In this document: one piece after another, positions 7,798 to 17,113 of the stretch
How the letters are laid out: each line of letters begins with the position of its first letter
Numbering within the stretch: position 1 is the first letter of the stretch
From: Candidatus Pacearchaeota archaeon
GTDB taxonomy: Archaea; Nanobdellota; Nanobdellia; Pacearchaeales; GW2011-AR1
Length of the DNA stretch: 43,809 bases
Assembly (NCBI GenBank): GCA_036169915.1
Contig: JAVHOF010000087.1
Span: 1 to 43,809, forward strand
Reading direction: 5' to 3'
The notes under the pieces: generated by a model
What the model was told of the DNA's origin: nothing
The model's input: only the letters and a program-made list of their open reading frames with translations
Database searches by the model: none
Made by a program: the position numbers and the translations under genes

Positions 7798-8856
7798 CTA
7801 ATAGGTTATTCCTTCATATGTATTTGGCTTGTCATTTTTTTTCTCTTCAATGATTTCAACAATAGGCTCGACTGCAACATTTGTTTCAGGAACTACAATT
7901 GGTTCAACAACCGGTTCATCCTGTAACTGTAGTTTCTTCGGTACCTGACTTCCGGTTAATTCAGGAAGCACTGGTGCAACCGGCGCAGAAATGATTTCCA
8001 TGAACTTTCGTGCACGTTCAAAATAAGTGTGGTTTGCCTTTGCCCTTTTGTGTCCGGCTTCCGCAATTGCAAACGCCTCTTCTGGGTGCGATAGGTAATA
8101 ATGGCACTTTCTCAACAAGTCCTCTTCACCATTATATTCGATGATTTCCGCCCCTATTTCAAAAAGCGTTGCAAGCCCATTCGTGAAGTTGGTAAGCAAC
8201 AGGGTTCCGCATCCGCATGTTTCGAAAGTGCGGTAGTTGATATCCTTGTTTATATTGAAATTGAAGTGTATCAGATAGGAATTAACCGCCCTTACCATAT
8301 CATCCCCGATAACGAAAATGTCTTTCCTTATCCCGAACTTTTCTCCAAGCAATGCTACAGCCGCATCCCGGATTCCATGGCCTTCACTTCCACAGAAACC
8401 AAGTCCAAAATCCTTATGTATCGATTCGATCGGGAACATGAGACTGTCATCATATGCATTTGGAAACCATTCAGACTTAACCTTCATTTCATGAAAGGCG
8501 CCAACACAATCGATGTTGCTGTTTAGCACAACCTGTATTCCATGGTCGGTGACAAATTTCTTGTGCTTGTCCAGAACCATGTGTCCGTCGATTGACCAGA
8601 ACACCTTTAATATATCCGATGGAATTGTATCGAACTTCGGAATCCAATCCATTTCGTAATTTTCAAGAACAAGGATTGTTGAATAATCCTTAACCATTTC
8701 CGCGAATGGGGTGTTGTAAGTTTCGAAACCTTTTCCCCAGATTCCACATGGGATGTTTAGTTTATCGAATGCACGTTTCATGCAAAGGCATTCGCGATAG
8801 TTCCAATTCTTTTCGTGATGGCCGGCGGCCTGAATGATAAGTATTCCTTTTTCCAT
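7798..8856 (-). CDS. Glycosyltransferase, CgeB/YkvP-like (Glyco_trans_1_2)
   Basis: WFPNAYD, FCGS, INYRTFETCGCGTLLLT, IAEAGHKRAKANHTY..R; Pro/Val/Glu-rich C-terminal tail. Confidence 0.85.
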   Translation of the reverse strand: MEKGILIIQAAGHHEKNWNYRECLCMKRAFDKLNIPCGIWGKGFETYNTPFAEMVKDYSTILVLENYEMDWIPKFDTIPSDILKVFWSIDGHMVLDKHKKFVTDHGIQVVLNSNIDCVGAFHEMKVKSEWFPNAYDDSLMFPIESIHKDFGLGFCGSEGHGIRDAAVALLGEKFGIRKDIFVIGDDMVRAVNSYLIHFNFNINKDINYRTFETCGCGTLLLTNFTNGLATLFEIGAEIIEYNGEEDLLRKCHYYLSHPEEAFAIAEAGHKRAKANHTYFERARKFMEIISAPVAPVLPELTGSQVPKKLQLQDEPVVEPIVVPETNVAVEPIVEIIEEKKNDKPNTYEGITY

Positions 8857-8891
8857 TAGTGATTTGTAATGATGTATTTGTTAATCCTGAA

Positions 8892-9440
8892 TTATTTTGT
8901 TGAGACGTGATCTTTCAATGTGCTTCCATGGCCGCGTTCTGAAACCCAATCTCTTGTTTTATGTCGCCAACGACCATCTTCAAATGAATAGTCGGATATT
9001 CTTTCAAGTCCAACTACACCATGCGCGTATGCGTGATCTCCTAATTTTTCACCGGATTTCTCGTTTTGAATTGTTTCAAAGACTCCGTAAAACCTATGAC
9101 CCATTTTTTTCCGATTATATTTTGGTGCCCACCTTGATCCGCCATAAGCATAGTGCTTATCCCATAATTCCAAAACATAATTATGGTCTTGTGACGGAGC
9201 AACCTTGGTGACGCAATTTGGAGCAACTCGATATAGTGTTCTGTTTCCTTGATCCTCCATCATGTAGCATTCAAATATAGCTAGGAAAGGAATAGTCCAT
9301 TTTGGTTTTGATTGCATATGCGCTAAATCCATGTATGAATCGCGCCATCTACTTGCTTCTTCTTCATCCCAAATACGTGACGGCATGCCAGCACTTACAT
9401 ATACACTGTGCAGTTCTTCTGAAATATTCCCCATTGACAA
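8892..9440 (-). CDS. Hypothetical protein
   Basis: 182-aa ORF tiled in the operon. Confidence 0.6.
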   Translation of the reverse strand: MSMGNISEELHSVYVSAGMPSRIWDEEEASRWRDSYMDLAHMQSKPKWTIPFLAIFECYMMEDQGNRTLYRVAPNCVTKVAPSQDHNYVLELWDKHYAYGGSRWAPKYNRKKMGHRFYGVFETIQNEKSGEKLGDHAYAHGVVGLERISDYSFEDGRWRHKTRDWVSERGHGSTLKDHVSTK

Positions 9441-9449
9441 GTGTATTTA

Positions 9450-9701
9450 TTAGCGTGATTTTTTAAAATGCCTGTAACAAAATGTATCGACAACCTTACT
9501 GGGTTTATATGGCACCACTTTTCCCCAATCCCTTTGAGCGGTCTTATCCAATAATAATTCTTCCTCTTCCGTATAAGGGGAAGCCAGAACCTCAACCTTG
9601 ATCATGTATGACCCTTCTTTGTCATTGAAATCATAAGGTGTTGTTTGGTAACATTCACCTTTCGTCCTTATATGGGCAGCTTCTTCAGAAATTTCTTCCA
9701 T
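9450..9701 (-). CDS. Hypothetical protein
   Basis: 83-aa ORF with ATG start. Confidence 0.55.
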   Translation of the reverse strand: MEEISEEAAHIRTKGECYQTTPYDFNDKEGSYMIKVEVLASPYTEEEELLLDKTAQRDWGKVVPYKPSKVVDTFCYRHFKKSR

Positions 9702-9712
9702 CGGTTGGATTT

Positions 9713-10046
9713 TTAGAATTCGTATCGCTCTTCAGTTGCTTCGATTATCTCACCAATAATAGGTTCTGACCTATTCCACTTGCCATCAACACAACTGTAA
9801 ATGATCTTGTAGATTCTTCTTTCATAAACTCCCCAACTGTTACACAGTTTTGCTTGTTGCTTATAAATAAGCTCAACGCTGTCCGCATTGACAATGGTTC
9901 CCAGCCATGAGCTCTTTCGGCTCTTTTGTTTTCAATTGATCCAGTGCCATATTATAGCTAACAACCAACATGCCCAAGGCATTAACTGTTGTTGGAATGT
10001 AATCCGCTGGGAATATCCTGTCGTGTGATGATGGCTCGATTTGCAT
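9713..10046 (-). pseudogene. Small gene broken by a +1 frameshift (or sequencing error)
   Basis: MQIEPSSHDR...KELMAG continues in the +1 frame as TIVNADSVELIY...EERYEF*; the 334-nt span is 3n+1. Confidence 0.5.
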
Positions 10047-10130
10047 GGTAAATGATTTTGGTTTAGTGTGTATTGATAAATATAGTTGTTACCTATGATA
10101 AGTTGTGTTTTTGGCTAATCATAATATGTA

Positions 10131-10922
10131 TTAATAAATATACTGCTTGAGAAGGGTAAGGTCTGCCGCCCCAGCTCCAGCATCAAAGGAGCGATGTAGA
10201 TTAGCCTCGATGTATTGTCCGGACTTAAGCATAGTAGGTTCAATGTGCCAATCACTTCTATCGATCCATTGCGTGTAGGTATTTATTCTTCGGTCGCGAT
10301 AAATCACTTCATCTGGACTAAGGTTTTTATGGATCAGTGCACGGATAAGCGACTCATCCGAGAACTGTGTTTTGGGATTCATGACATTTTCCTTTTCATC
10401 AAAAGTGTTCATTATCCATGACTGGAATAATTCATAGTAACTTATCCCTTTTGGATTGAACAGCTTTTTGAAAACATCACCGCTAGCCGTGGTTGAACTT
10501 GCAGGAACCTTTCCATCGTGTGGCGTTCCGCGATAAACGTCAGCCCCGACAGTAAGCAATTTTCCCGGAACATAATCCTTCATCAAGTCAATCCAATATT
10601 GTGACTGAAGCGGAATGGTGTCAATGTCATGGATCAATGAAATCTTATCCCCCTGTTCCGATGCCAGAATCCAACGGAGCATCTTTGCCGCGTTTGCCGA
10701 AGGAACGCCCGGAACTTCCGGATACAAGACAACTTCATCGGCATAGCTTTCGAAGTTTTTCCTGTCTGTTCCATCCGTTAGGAAAGCCAATTTGATCTTC
10801 ACTCCCGGGAAGAATTTTCTCCAAGCCATTGAGACCAATGGAAGGTGATTGTAATAAGCGGGATCGTCGTTAACGGAAAGGATCACGTTATCGAATAGTT
10901 TCAGTGCAGCTGCGTTGCTCAT
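10131..10922 (-). CDS. Putative GT-A fold glycosyltransferase-like protein
   Basis: DxD motif (HDIDTIPL) after a beta strand; late FSDE motif; glycan-gene context. Confidence 0.55.
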   Translation of the reverse strand: MSNAAALKLFDNVILSVNDDPAYYNHLPLVSMAWRKFFPGVKIKLAFLTDGTDRKNFESYADEVVLYPEVPGVPSANAAKMLRWILASEQGDKISLIHDIDTIPLQSQYWIDLMKDYVPGKLLTVGADVYRGTPHDGKVPASSTTASGDVFKKLFNPKGISYYELFQSWIMNTFDEKENVMNPKTQFSDESLIRALIHKNLSPDEVIYRDRRINTYTQWIDRSDWHIEPTMLKSGQYIEANLHRSFDAGAGAADLTLLKQYIY

Positions 10923-10952
10923 GATTTTTATTTTTTTTAGTTGATTTGTTTT

Positions 10953-11135
10953 TTAATGCAATCCCGCTAATATGCCTTCTGCAAATCCACAACTCCAATG
11001 ATCACCACGATGCCGGAATTTGCTTGGCCATGTTTCACAGCCCTTGATATTGAATCCACTTATTTTTGGATCGTAAAACCTGTTTGCCAAGGCAAAAGAT
11101 TTTCCTTCACTGAAACCCTGATTCCACATTTCCAT
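10953..11135 (-). CDS. Hypothetical protein
   Basis: 60-aa ORF tiled between neighbours. Confidence 0.5.
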   Translation of the reverse strand: MEMWNQGFSEGKSFALANRFYDPKISGFNIKGCETWPSKFRHRGDHWSCGFAEGILAGLH

Positions 11136-11138
11136 TTG

Positions 11139-11372
11139 TTACTTTTTCTTTTTGATTTTTGTTTCCTTGACTGAAATCTCGTATTCAAATTCACCCAAGC
11201 GTACCATTTGCTTTTTGTTTTTCCAACAGGTAACAACTGCATGAATGAAATCATTATGGATGTCTTTTTTTTCTTTCCAAAGCATCGGGTTCTTCTTGTC
11301 CATTATTCCAACAGCAGCTTTTTCTTCCAACGCAGTTATTCCCAATCTCAAATCATTAAGTTCAACTTTCAT
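11139..11372 (-). CDS. Hypothetical protein
   Basis: ATGA overlap with the upstream gene. Confidence 0.65.
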   Translation of the reverse strand: MKVELNDLRLGITALEEKAAVGIMDKKNPMLWKEKKDIHNDFIHAVVTCWKNKKQMVRLGEFEYEISVKETKIKKKK

Positions 11373-11854
11373 TTGTCACTATGTATTGATGAATACTCTT
11401 CTTTTAATCTTGCTTCAAGTTCAAACATTGGTTTCCATAATGGATTATCAATGATTTCCGATCGCGGATGCTTATCCCAAATATCATGTTCTTCTTGAGT
11501 GAGCAAAACAATATTATCGGGATTTAGCATGAATTCCGGGTATTGGTTTTGCGCCTTACTCAGTACATGCGCGAAGAACCATGAATAGGCGTCATCTCCA
11601 AGTTTCTTATTGCTGATGAAGGAAACGTGCTTTCTTGTTTTCCAAATCTTTTCAAAAACTTCTTTTTGTCCAGTCGCCTTTGGCTTGAAGGTGTATTGCT
11701 TTGGCTTTATTCCCCGATCCAATTTTTCCTGTGCAAGCCTTTTGTTATTACACGTGTAACACCATGCGCCCGAGCTGGACAAGACCTTGGCAATTACCAA
11801 ACCGGTTCTATTGCAGTTTGGCTGATCACAGGTTCCTTGGCGTAGTGGATTCAT
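11369..11854 (-). CDS. Phage HNH-like nuclease with N-terminal Cys motifs
   Basis: CxxxxC and CxxC, then FAHVLSK...NIVLLTQEEH. Confidence 0.55.
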   Translation of the reverse strand: MNPLRQGTCDQPNCNRTGLVIAKVLSSSGAWCYTCNNKRLAQEKLDRGIKPKQYTFKPKATGQKEVFEKIWKTRKHVSFISNKKLGDDAYSWFFAHVLSKAQNQYPEFMLNPDNIVLLTQEEHDIWDKHPRSEIIDNPLWKPMFELEARLKEEYSSIHSDK

Positions 11855-12234
11855 TTGAGCAATTCTGAATTATCAAATATATTCCCAACAACCTCACAAT
11901 CGGTTGCCTCAAATGCTTCTCCAAACCAATGGCTGAAACCCCATCCATCCCTTTCAATGCAGAATGAAGCAAATCTTTTACTCCAAGTTATCACCATTAA
12001 TTTGTCGGTTCCAGTTCTTACAATATCGCCTTCGTAAATTTCTGTTCCGTTCTTATCGAGCATTCCAGTGAACTGTCCAACGGATTCTCGTATTGCAGTG
12101 GTTTCAGAAAAATCACCCTTGTATTTCTCGTCTTGCTCGATAATTATAGGCGGCTCTTTTTGAGATAACAAGTCACCATAAATCCATTGCCCAGTCAATT
12201 CACTTTTTGCGCGAAACTTAATTGGCCTTGTCAT
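11851..12234 (-). CDS. yopX: YopX family protein
   Basis: IKFRAK...W.YG...VGQFTGMLDKNGTEIYEGDIV...EVVGNIFDNSELL. Confidence 0.95.
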   Translation of the reverse strand: MTRPIKFRAKSELTGQWIYGDLLSQKEPPIIIEQDEKYKGDFSETTAIRESVGQFTGMLDKNGTEIYEGDIVRTGTDKLMVITWSKRFASFCIERDGWGFSHWFGEAFEATDCEVVGNIFDNSELLK

Positions 12235-12581
12235 AACGCTCTTTTTAAGATCAGGTCTGATCCCTCTGTTATTTTTTTAAAAAACGACTCGTTCGGATAT
12301 TTTTCAATGCAATTTTTTAAAAACAAATCAAATTTATGCCCCTCGCTATATGTATGGGATGTCACATATTCCACTTTTTCATTTTTATACAAAAGCGTAA
12401 TGTCGGTGTATAGCATGCATGATGCCCAATGAATTTCAAAATCACCCCCATTCAATGTTCCTATTGTAATGTCATCGTTGAAAGTCCAATCTTTTACCCT
12501 AATCCCATTTTCGATTTTTGATCTCGCCCATTGGATTTTTGTTTTGAATCCCAATCGATTAAGATAGTCTATTGTTTTCAT
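12231..12581 (-). CDS. Hypothetical protein
   Basis: Coupled to yopX by a 4-nt overlap. Confidence 0.65.
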   Translation of the reverse strand: MKTIDYLNRLGFKTKIQWARSKIENGIRVKDWTFNDDITIGTLNGGDFEIHWASCMLYTDITLLYKNEKVEYVTSHTYSEGHKFDLFLKNCIEKYPNESFFKKITEGSDLILKRAL

Positions 12582-12637
12582 TGAAAAATTATTTGGTAAT
12601 TAAGTATTTTTACCGCGAAATTTAATTTCCCTTGTTT

Positions 12638-12904
12638 TCATAGTGTATCAAATTCCTTTTGCAGTTCAGCAATCCGAACATCAAATTGATTGATGATAAA
12701 TGCAGCATCTTCCTTGTATCGTTTGTCAAACCTGATATTGCCGCCACCTATTTTAAAGACATTGCCTTCTCCGGCAAAATTGATGGAAACAGAAACATCG
12801 AAAAAACTTTTTTCGAAACACTCTGCAAAATATTTCTTCGCCCGTTTCAGATTATCCATCCTGTCCGTAAGTTCTTGGCCTTTCTTGAAATGATCTGCGT
12901 TCAT
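12638..12904 (-). CDS. Hypothetical protein
   Basis: 88-aa ORF tiled in the operon. Confidence 0.65.
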   Translation of the reverse strand: MNADHFKKGQELTDRMDNLKRAKKYFAECFEKSFFDVSVSINFAGEGNVFKIGGGNIRFDKRYKEDAAFIINQFDVRIAELQKEFDTL

Positions 12905-12907
12905 GAG

Positions 12908-13594
12908 TTATTGTTTTTTATAAATTATAAAATCCTCAAAGGTTGTTCCTTTTGTCTTTTTCGATTTGATGATGTCACCCGCAACAAAATCCCCGATTCT
13001 GGAAACCTGTTCAAATTCGTGCTCGTCTTCCCTTACACCAAATACGAATACGCAATCGGGTGAACATATTTTTTCGAGGCTGTATTTCCTGAACGCTTCC
13101 TCTATCGACCAGTGAAACCCAATTGAATGGAACGAGTAAACAAGATCAATGTCCCTGAGTTTTTTTATTTCGTTCCCGGACAGGTCAATGATATTTACAT
13201 TTTCCAGATTATTGTTTGCACAGAATTCCCTTGTAATATCCAAGCTGTTGTATGGAATGGAATCGGCATTGTGATGCATTCCACAGGATTCACAATCCTC
13301 ATTTACGCCAGTCCATTGCACCTTGTTGAAATCCGCCAGATAAAATGTGCCGGTTAAATCGAAAACATTCCTGAAGGCCACACTGCTCCGTCCCATGCCA
13401 CATCCCAAGTCAAGAATCTTCCTGTACTTTTTGGGATTTTGAAATACATAGTCCTTAAGGCACTCCACTTCGTCAAAGCTACAGGTGTAACCCGTTTCCT
13501 CATGGCCATCCAATTGCAACAGCCGCAATTGTTTCATCAATCCCGGATCAGAGGAATCGTAATTGAATTTGAAATCGTTGATGTTGGTTGGCAT
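12908..13594 (-). CDS. Class I SAM-dependent methyltransferase
   Basis: ILDLGCGMGR motif I; DLVYSFHSIGFHW. Confidence 0.85.
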   Translation of the reverse strand: MPTNINDFKFNYDSSDPGLMKQLRLLQLDGHEETGYTCSFDEVECLKDYVFQNPKKYRKILDLGCGMGRSSVAFRNVFDLTGTFYLADFNKVQWTGVNEDCESCGMHHNADSIPYNSLDITREFCANNNLENVNIIDLSGNEIKKLRDIDLVYSFHSIGFHWSIEEAFRKYSLEKICSPDCVFVFGVREDEHEFEQVSRIGDFVAGDIIKSKKTKGTTFEDFIIYKKQ

Positions 13595-14001
13595 TATCTG
13601 TTCGGGATTGTTTTCATGTACATCTTTTTCAACCGCAAAAGCACATCTTTCGAATTATGCCCATCGAATGCGGGAACCTTTGGGTATGTTTTTAAAAAAG
13701 AAGTGTCTTTCCATAGCTTGATCGGAAGGTGAAAGGTAACCTGTTCTCCCGGTTCGGTGTCGAGCCCAGCGACAAACCAACCTTTTGGGCAAGACTTTCC
13801 ATCGAAATGTTTTTTTGATCTCCACGCATGCGGCGGATTGCCGGAATGCCTTGCGCCAAGATTTGCCACCTTGCAAAGAATCAGGAAGAGCGATGTGCGC
13901 TGTTCGTACAATTCATCGAACATGTGATAGCCATCAGAGATTTTTCCCGTTCTGGTTTTTGATCGACTGATGAGATCATTGATTTGTTGAACCTTGTTCA
14001 T
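13594..14001 (-). CDS. Conserved phage protein, WDGH-like
   Basis: ISDGYH.FDELY...WRSK.H.DG...GWF..G...TFHLP...FDGH..DVL.RL. Confidence 0.7.
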   Translation of the reverse strand: MNKVQQINDLISRSKTRTGKISDGYHMFDELYEQRTSLFLILCKVANLGARHSGNPPHAWRSKKHFDGKSCPKGWFVAGLDTEPGEQVTFHLPIKLWKDTSFLKTYPKVPAFDGHNSKDVLLRLKKMYMKTIPNR

Positions 14002-14212
14002 TGAAAATATGGTTTTTTAATTCTTCTTTTGTCTTGAATATTGAGTTTTCCGCAAAACTCTGCCCCTTGTAACTTTTGAAATTGTAACTGATCTGGATAT
14101 TTGGAATTCCACCAATTGTCAGTTTAATGAATTCAATATTATCTTCCACTGGCTTGCTTCCAAGCATAAGCCACCGAACATCTCCAATATCATGCTTGGT
14201 CTTGACTTCCAT
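13976..14212 (-). CDS. Hypothetical protein
   Basis: KTKHDIGD...IFKTKEEL, typical of small phage ORFs. Confidence 0.65.
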   Translation of the reverse strand: MEVKTKHDIGDVRWLMLGSKPVEDNIEFIKLTIGGIPNIQISYNFKSYKGQSFAENSIFKTKEELKNHIFNEQGSTNQ

Positions 14213-14510
14213 TGATTTTGTTTTTTGGATAAAAAGTGATTTTTACTTTTTTAACTGGCTTGTTGAGAACTGGCGTTTCGAACTTCCATCCGCATTCAGC
14301 GCATTTGTAGAAAATGTATTTTGGGATCAACTTTATTTTTGTTGTTCCACCCATCTTGAACTCCATGGGTTGTTCGAGAATCGGAGGTTCGATGAATTCG
14401 CAATCATCAAGATCAATGCGCGAATCATCGGTAATGAATTCTGTTTTTCCGCAAAGCCCACATGTGACTGGATTATTGTTTCCATTTAAAATCCTGAAAT
14501 GATCCATCAA
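14190..14510 (-). CDS. Zn-ribbon-like hypothetical protein
   Basis: CGLCG and CAECG motifs. Confidence 0.6.
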   Translation of the reverse strand: MMDHFRILNGNNNPVTCGLCGKTEFITDDSRIDLDDCEFIEPPILEQPMEFKMGGTTKIKLIPKYIFYKCAECGWKFETPVLNKPVKKVKITFYPKNKINGSQDQA

Positions 14511-14557
14511 TGATTGCCGTTGTTACAGTGTGTATTCCTAAATCCTTTTCAAAAAAA

Positions 14558-15094
14558 TCAAAACATCAAATAAATAATAAGCTCGCCTTTCAAGTAATCG
14601 TTTCGTATAATCTTCTTTGTGCAAATCAACGGTGCTAAAATAGAATTAATTTCCCAGACATTGGTATATCGAAGGCCTTTATTTTTCATTGGCTTATCAC
14701 CATTATATAGGAAGGTGACCGCCACACCCTTGTTTGCAATGGAAAGCATGTGTGATAATTTTCGCCTTACATCAGACTTCCAGAACAGCCGTGTATTGTT
14801 GAATACACCTCTCGAAACAACCCAATCCCATTTGCCATTGTGCATGTGGTCGATGTTTGCTTCGAAGAAATCATTGTCTGGGTAACGTTTTTCAGCGATG
14901 TTGATCCATTGCGGATCGGCATCCATTCCCGTGTAGTTTATGTTTTCATAATCCATCCAGAATAACCGGGCAAGCATATCTCCGGTTCCACATTGCACAT
15001 CAAGCACGGACTCCCCATTTTCAATTCCAATTTCGGATATGGCACGAAAGGAAATGCGCTGTCTGTTGAATTCGGTTATCGGTTTTTTGTTCAT
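14558..15094 (-). CDS. Class I SAM-dependent methyltransferase
   Basis: SVLDVQCGTGD, YTGMD, DWVVSRGVFN. Confidence 0.8.
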   Translation of the reverse strand: MNKKPITEFNRQRISFRAISEIGIENGESVLDVQCGTGDMLARLFWMDYENINYTGMDADPQWINIAEKRYPDNDFFEANIDHMHNGKWDWVVSRGVFNNTRLFWKSDVRRKLSHMLSIANKGVAVTFLYNGDKPMKNKGLRYTNVWEINSILAPLICTKKIIRNDYLKGELIIYLMF

Positions 15095-15477
15095 TATGGC
15101 AAGTCCGGGTTTTGTGGTTCATCAATTACAGGCTCATCAAAATCAATGTCATCGCGATCAGGGAAGCCGCCTGTAGCTTGCTCATGAGGCGCTGGGGTTA
15201 ATTCAACAGTTTTCTTTTTCCTCTTGAATAATTTCTTGATTTTCCAGCAAAGGAGAAACGGCATTATAATAGGGATCATCACCAATATTCCAAGTATGCA
15301 CAATCCCAAAACAATAGGATATTTTTTTAAAGGAGACAGCACATATACCTTCCAAACCACCTTTGCATGAATAAAGGATTGGTAACTCTCTTTCTTCATT
15401 GTAACTACAGTCCACCATACAAGCAATGCCATTAGTGGATAGGAAAGAATTAAATAAGAAAGTAGGATTGTGTTCAT
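15094..15477 (-). CDS. Membrane protein
   Basis: Two hydrophobic segments and an acidic tail. Confidence 0.65.
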   Translation of the reverse strand: MNTILLSYLILSYPLMALLVWWTVVTMKKESYQSFIHAKVVWKVYVLSPLKKYPIVLGLCILGILVMIPIIMPFLLCWKIKKLFKRKKKTVELTPAPHEQATGGFPDRDDIDFDEPVIDEPQNPDLP

Positions 15478-15488
15478 TGATTTTAGTT

Positions 15489-16082
15489 TTAATTTTTGGT
15501 TAGGCGCTGTTTCAATATTTCCAATATCGGGGTGTAATCCTGATTCTCCTGAAATTCTACAGGTAACCCAATGTTCGTGAACTTCTGCAAGTCCAGATAA
15601 TGTCTTCCACTGCTCCCGGACAAATAAGAATCTGCCTTATAGTACATCAGTATATTTATCAATCTGTCAGTTGACTTCAATATGCTTGGGTAATCATAAT
15701 CAATGATTGTCTTTATTCCAAGCAACGAAACTATTTCAACGATGATTGCGCTGTTTGTTGTTTCGAGATCACCTTTGCCATCTGTGATTATTTTATCAAA
15801 CAGTGAAAGTTCTTTTGCATACTGCGGCAAATTCAATTTTATTTTCTTCCAATCTTCCTCGTAGTGCAAGTATTTCTTTTTGCTGATCGGCTCCAATCCG
15901 CGGTTGACAGTCATTGTTGCCCAGCCTCCATTTATCCCATTATTGATCTTGAACCTGTTTTGATAATTGTTCTTTTCGAATTGGCAATGGCGCATGATAA
16001 TGAATTTGTCACACTGCTCGATCTTCTGGAAGTATGCGTAAGTTGGGAAAAAATTAGGTTGGTGTATTGCAATTTTTTGCAC
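15489..16082 (-). CDS. wbqC: WbqC family protein
   Basis: IAIHQPNFFP..YFQKI..CD.F.....QF....YQNR; YLSGSSGRHYLD. Confidence 0.9.
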   Translation of the reverse strand: MQKIAIHQPNFFPTYAYFQKIEQCDKFIIMRHCQFEKNNYQNRFKINNGINGGWATMTVNRGLEPISKKKYLHYEEDWKKIKLNLPQYAKELSLFDKIITDGKGDLETTNSAIIVEIVSLLGIKTIIDYDYPSILKSTDRLINILMYYKADSYLSGSSGRHYLDLQKFTNIGLPVEFQENQDYTPILEILKQRLTKN

Positions 16083-16103
16083 AAAATATATTTTAAAATA
16101 ATG

Positions 16104-16400
16104 TTAGTATTGTTCGACGCAGAACGTTTTGATTTCATTAGGAAAGCAGATGTCATTCCAGAAATCCCACTCGTGTTTTTGTTTTTTCTTTTGACGTGAA
16201 AGTTTGACATGAAAAAAGGCGCCAACTCCCAAAATTGCTATTGCCGCCCCAACAGTCAGTTGTGTTTTCAATGAAAAAATCCATTGTTTTGCGCCCAACG
16301 CCTTCGCCATTTCAAACTGGATTTTCCTGTTTTCAAGAACAGTCGAATCCAGTTCCTTATGCATTTGTTTGTACCAGTCGGTACTTCCGCGCTGTGTCAT
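16104..16400 (-). CDS. Hypothetical single-TM protein
   Basis: Hydrophobic stretch VGAAIAILGVGAFF. Confidence 0.55.
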   Translation of the reverse strand: MTQRGSTDWYKQMHKELDSTVLENRKIQFEMAKALGAKQWIFSLKTQLTVGAAIAILGVGAFFHVKLSRQKKKQKHEWDFWNDICFPNEIKTFCVEQY

Positions 16401-16422
16401 TGTTGTTGTTGTTTTTGAATTG

Positions 16423-16629
16423 TTATTTTCTTGAAAATATTACACCAGCCGCCCAAAGAAAAAGAATTCCACAAACAAATTTCCAGTATTCCAAAATCGG
16501 ATAGTCGAATTTTGAAGCGAGATAATTATATAGGCCATTCAAGATTGCGGCAACCGCCAAAAGTAAAATGAACAGGATGAAAATGGTAAGGCACCCCATT
16601 TCGTCATTCTTTTGGTTGCTGTTCTCCAT
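16423..16629 (-). CDS. Small membrane protein
   Basis: Two hydrophobic helices. Confidence 0.6.
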   Translation of the reverse strand: MENSNQKNDEMGCLTIFILFILLLAVAAILNGLYNYLASKFDYPILEYWKFVCGILFLWAAGVIFSRK

Positions 16630-16825
16630 TGGGGTTAGTGTAATTCTGTGTACGTCTCACCGGTTTTCTCTTTTTTGTCAACGACCAAACCAAGACATAT
16701 CCAATCGCGACAACAACAAGTGGCCAAAGGAATGCTGCGATCACATTCAGGAAGCCATTGCTGCTGCTGGTGATTCCCATTATCAAAATGGAAATTATAA
16801 CACCTGAAAAATAAATCTCCTGCAT
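16604..16825 (-). CDS. Small membrane protein
   Basis: Two hydrophobic helices containing FLWP. Confidence 0.6.
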   Translation of the reverse strand: MQEIYFSGVIISILIMGITSSSNGFLNVIAAFLWPLVVVAIGYVLVWSLTKKRKPVRRTQNYTNPNGEQQPKE

Positions 16826-16828
16826 GGC

Positions 16829-17104
16829 TCAGTTGAAAGAATAATCAAATCCGATTATTGAAGTCATTTTCACAGGCTCGCAATGTTTCAAATCGCACTT
16901 TTCAATTGCCTCGATTGCCTTTTCGTATTTGAAAACGGATGCACCACAAACACCCAAAAGCAAATGATATTCATTGCCGCCCTTTTCAAAATCGTTGTGC
17001 AGAAAATAATCCGGTGAATTCATCGAGCGGACGAAATACGCATTTCCCGTAACAGCGTTAAGGGAAAACGGGATTTCAACAACGTCTGACAACTGGCCTT
17101 CCAT
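16829..17104 (-). CDS. Hypothetical protein
   Basis: 91-aa ORF tiled in the operon. Confidence 0.6.
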   Translation of the reverse strand: MEGQLSDVVEIPFSLNAVTGNAYFVRSMNSPDYFLHNDFEKGGNEYHLLLGVCGASVFKYEKAIEAIEKCDLKHCEPVKMTSIIGFDYSFN

Positions 17105-17113
17105 GGGTGAAAA

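Noticed and set aside
10065-14536. AGTGTGTATT at 10065-10074 and 14527-14536 upstream of minus-strand starts
   Set aside because: Only two copies of an AT-rich 10-mer; cannot be told from chance without the whole genome.
14558-15094. Gly-to-Gln change in methyltransferase motif I as a sign of inactivation
   Set aside because: A single substitution with the other motifs intact; not enough evidence.
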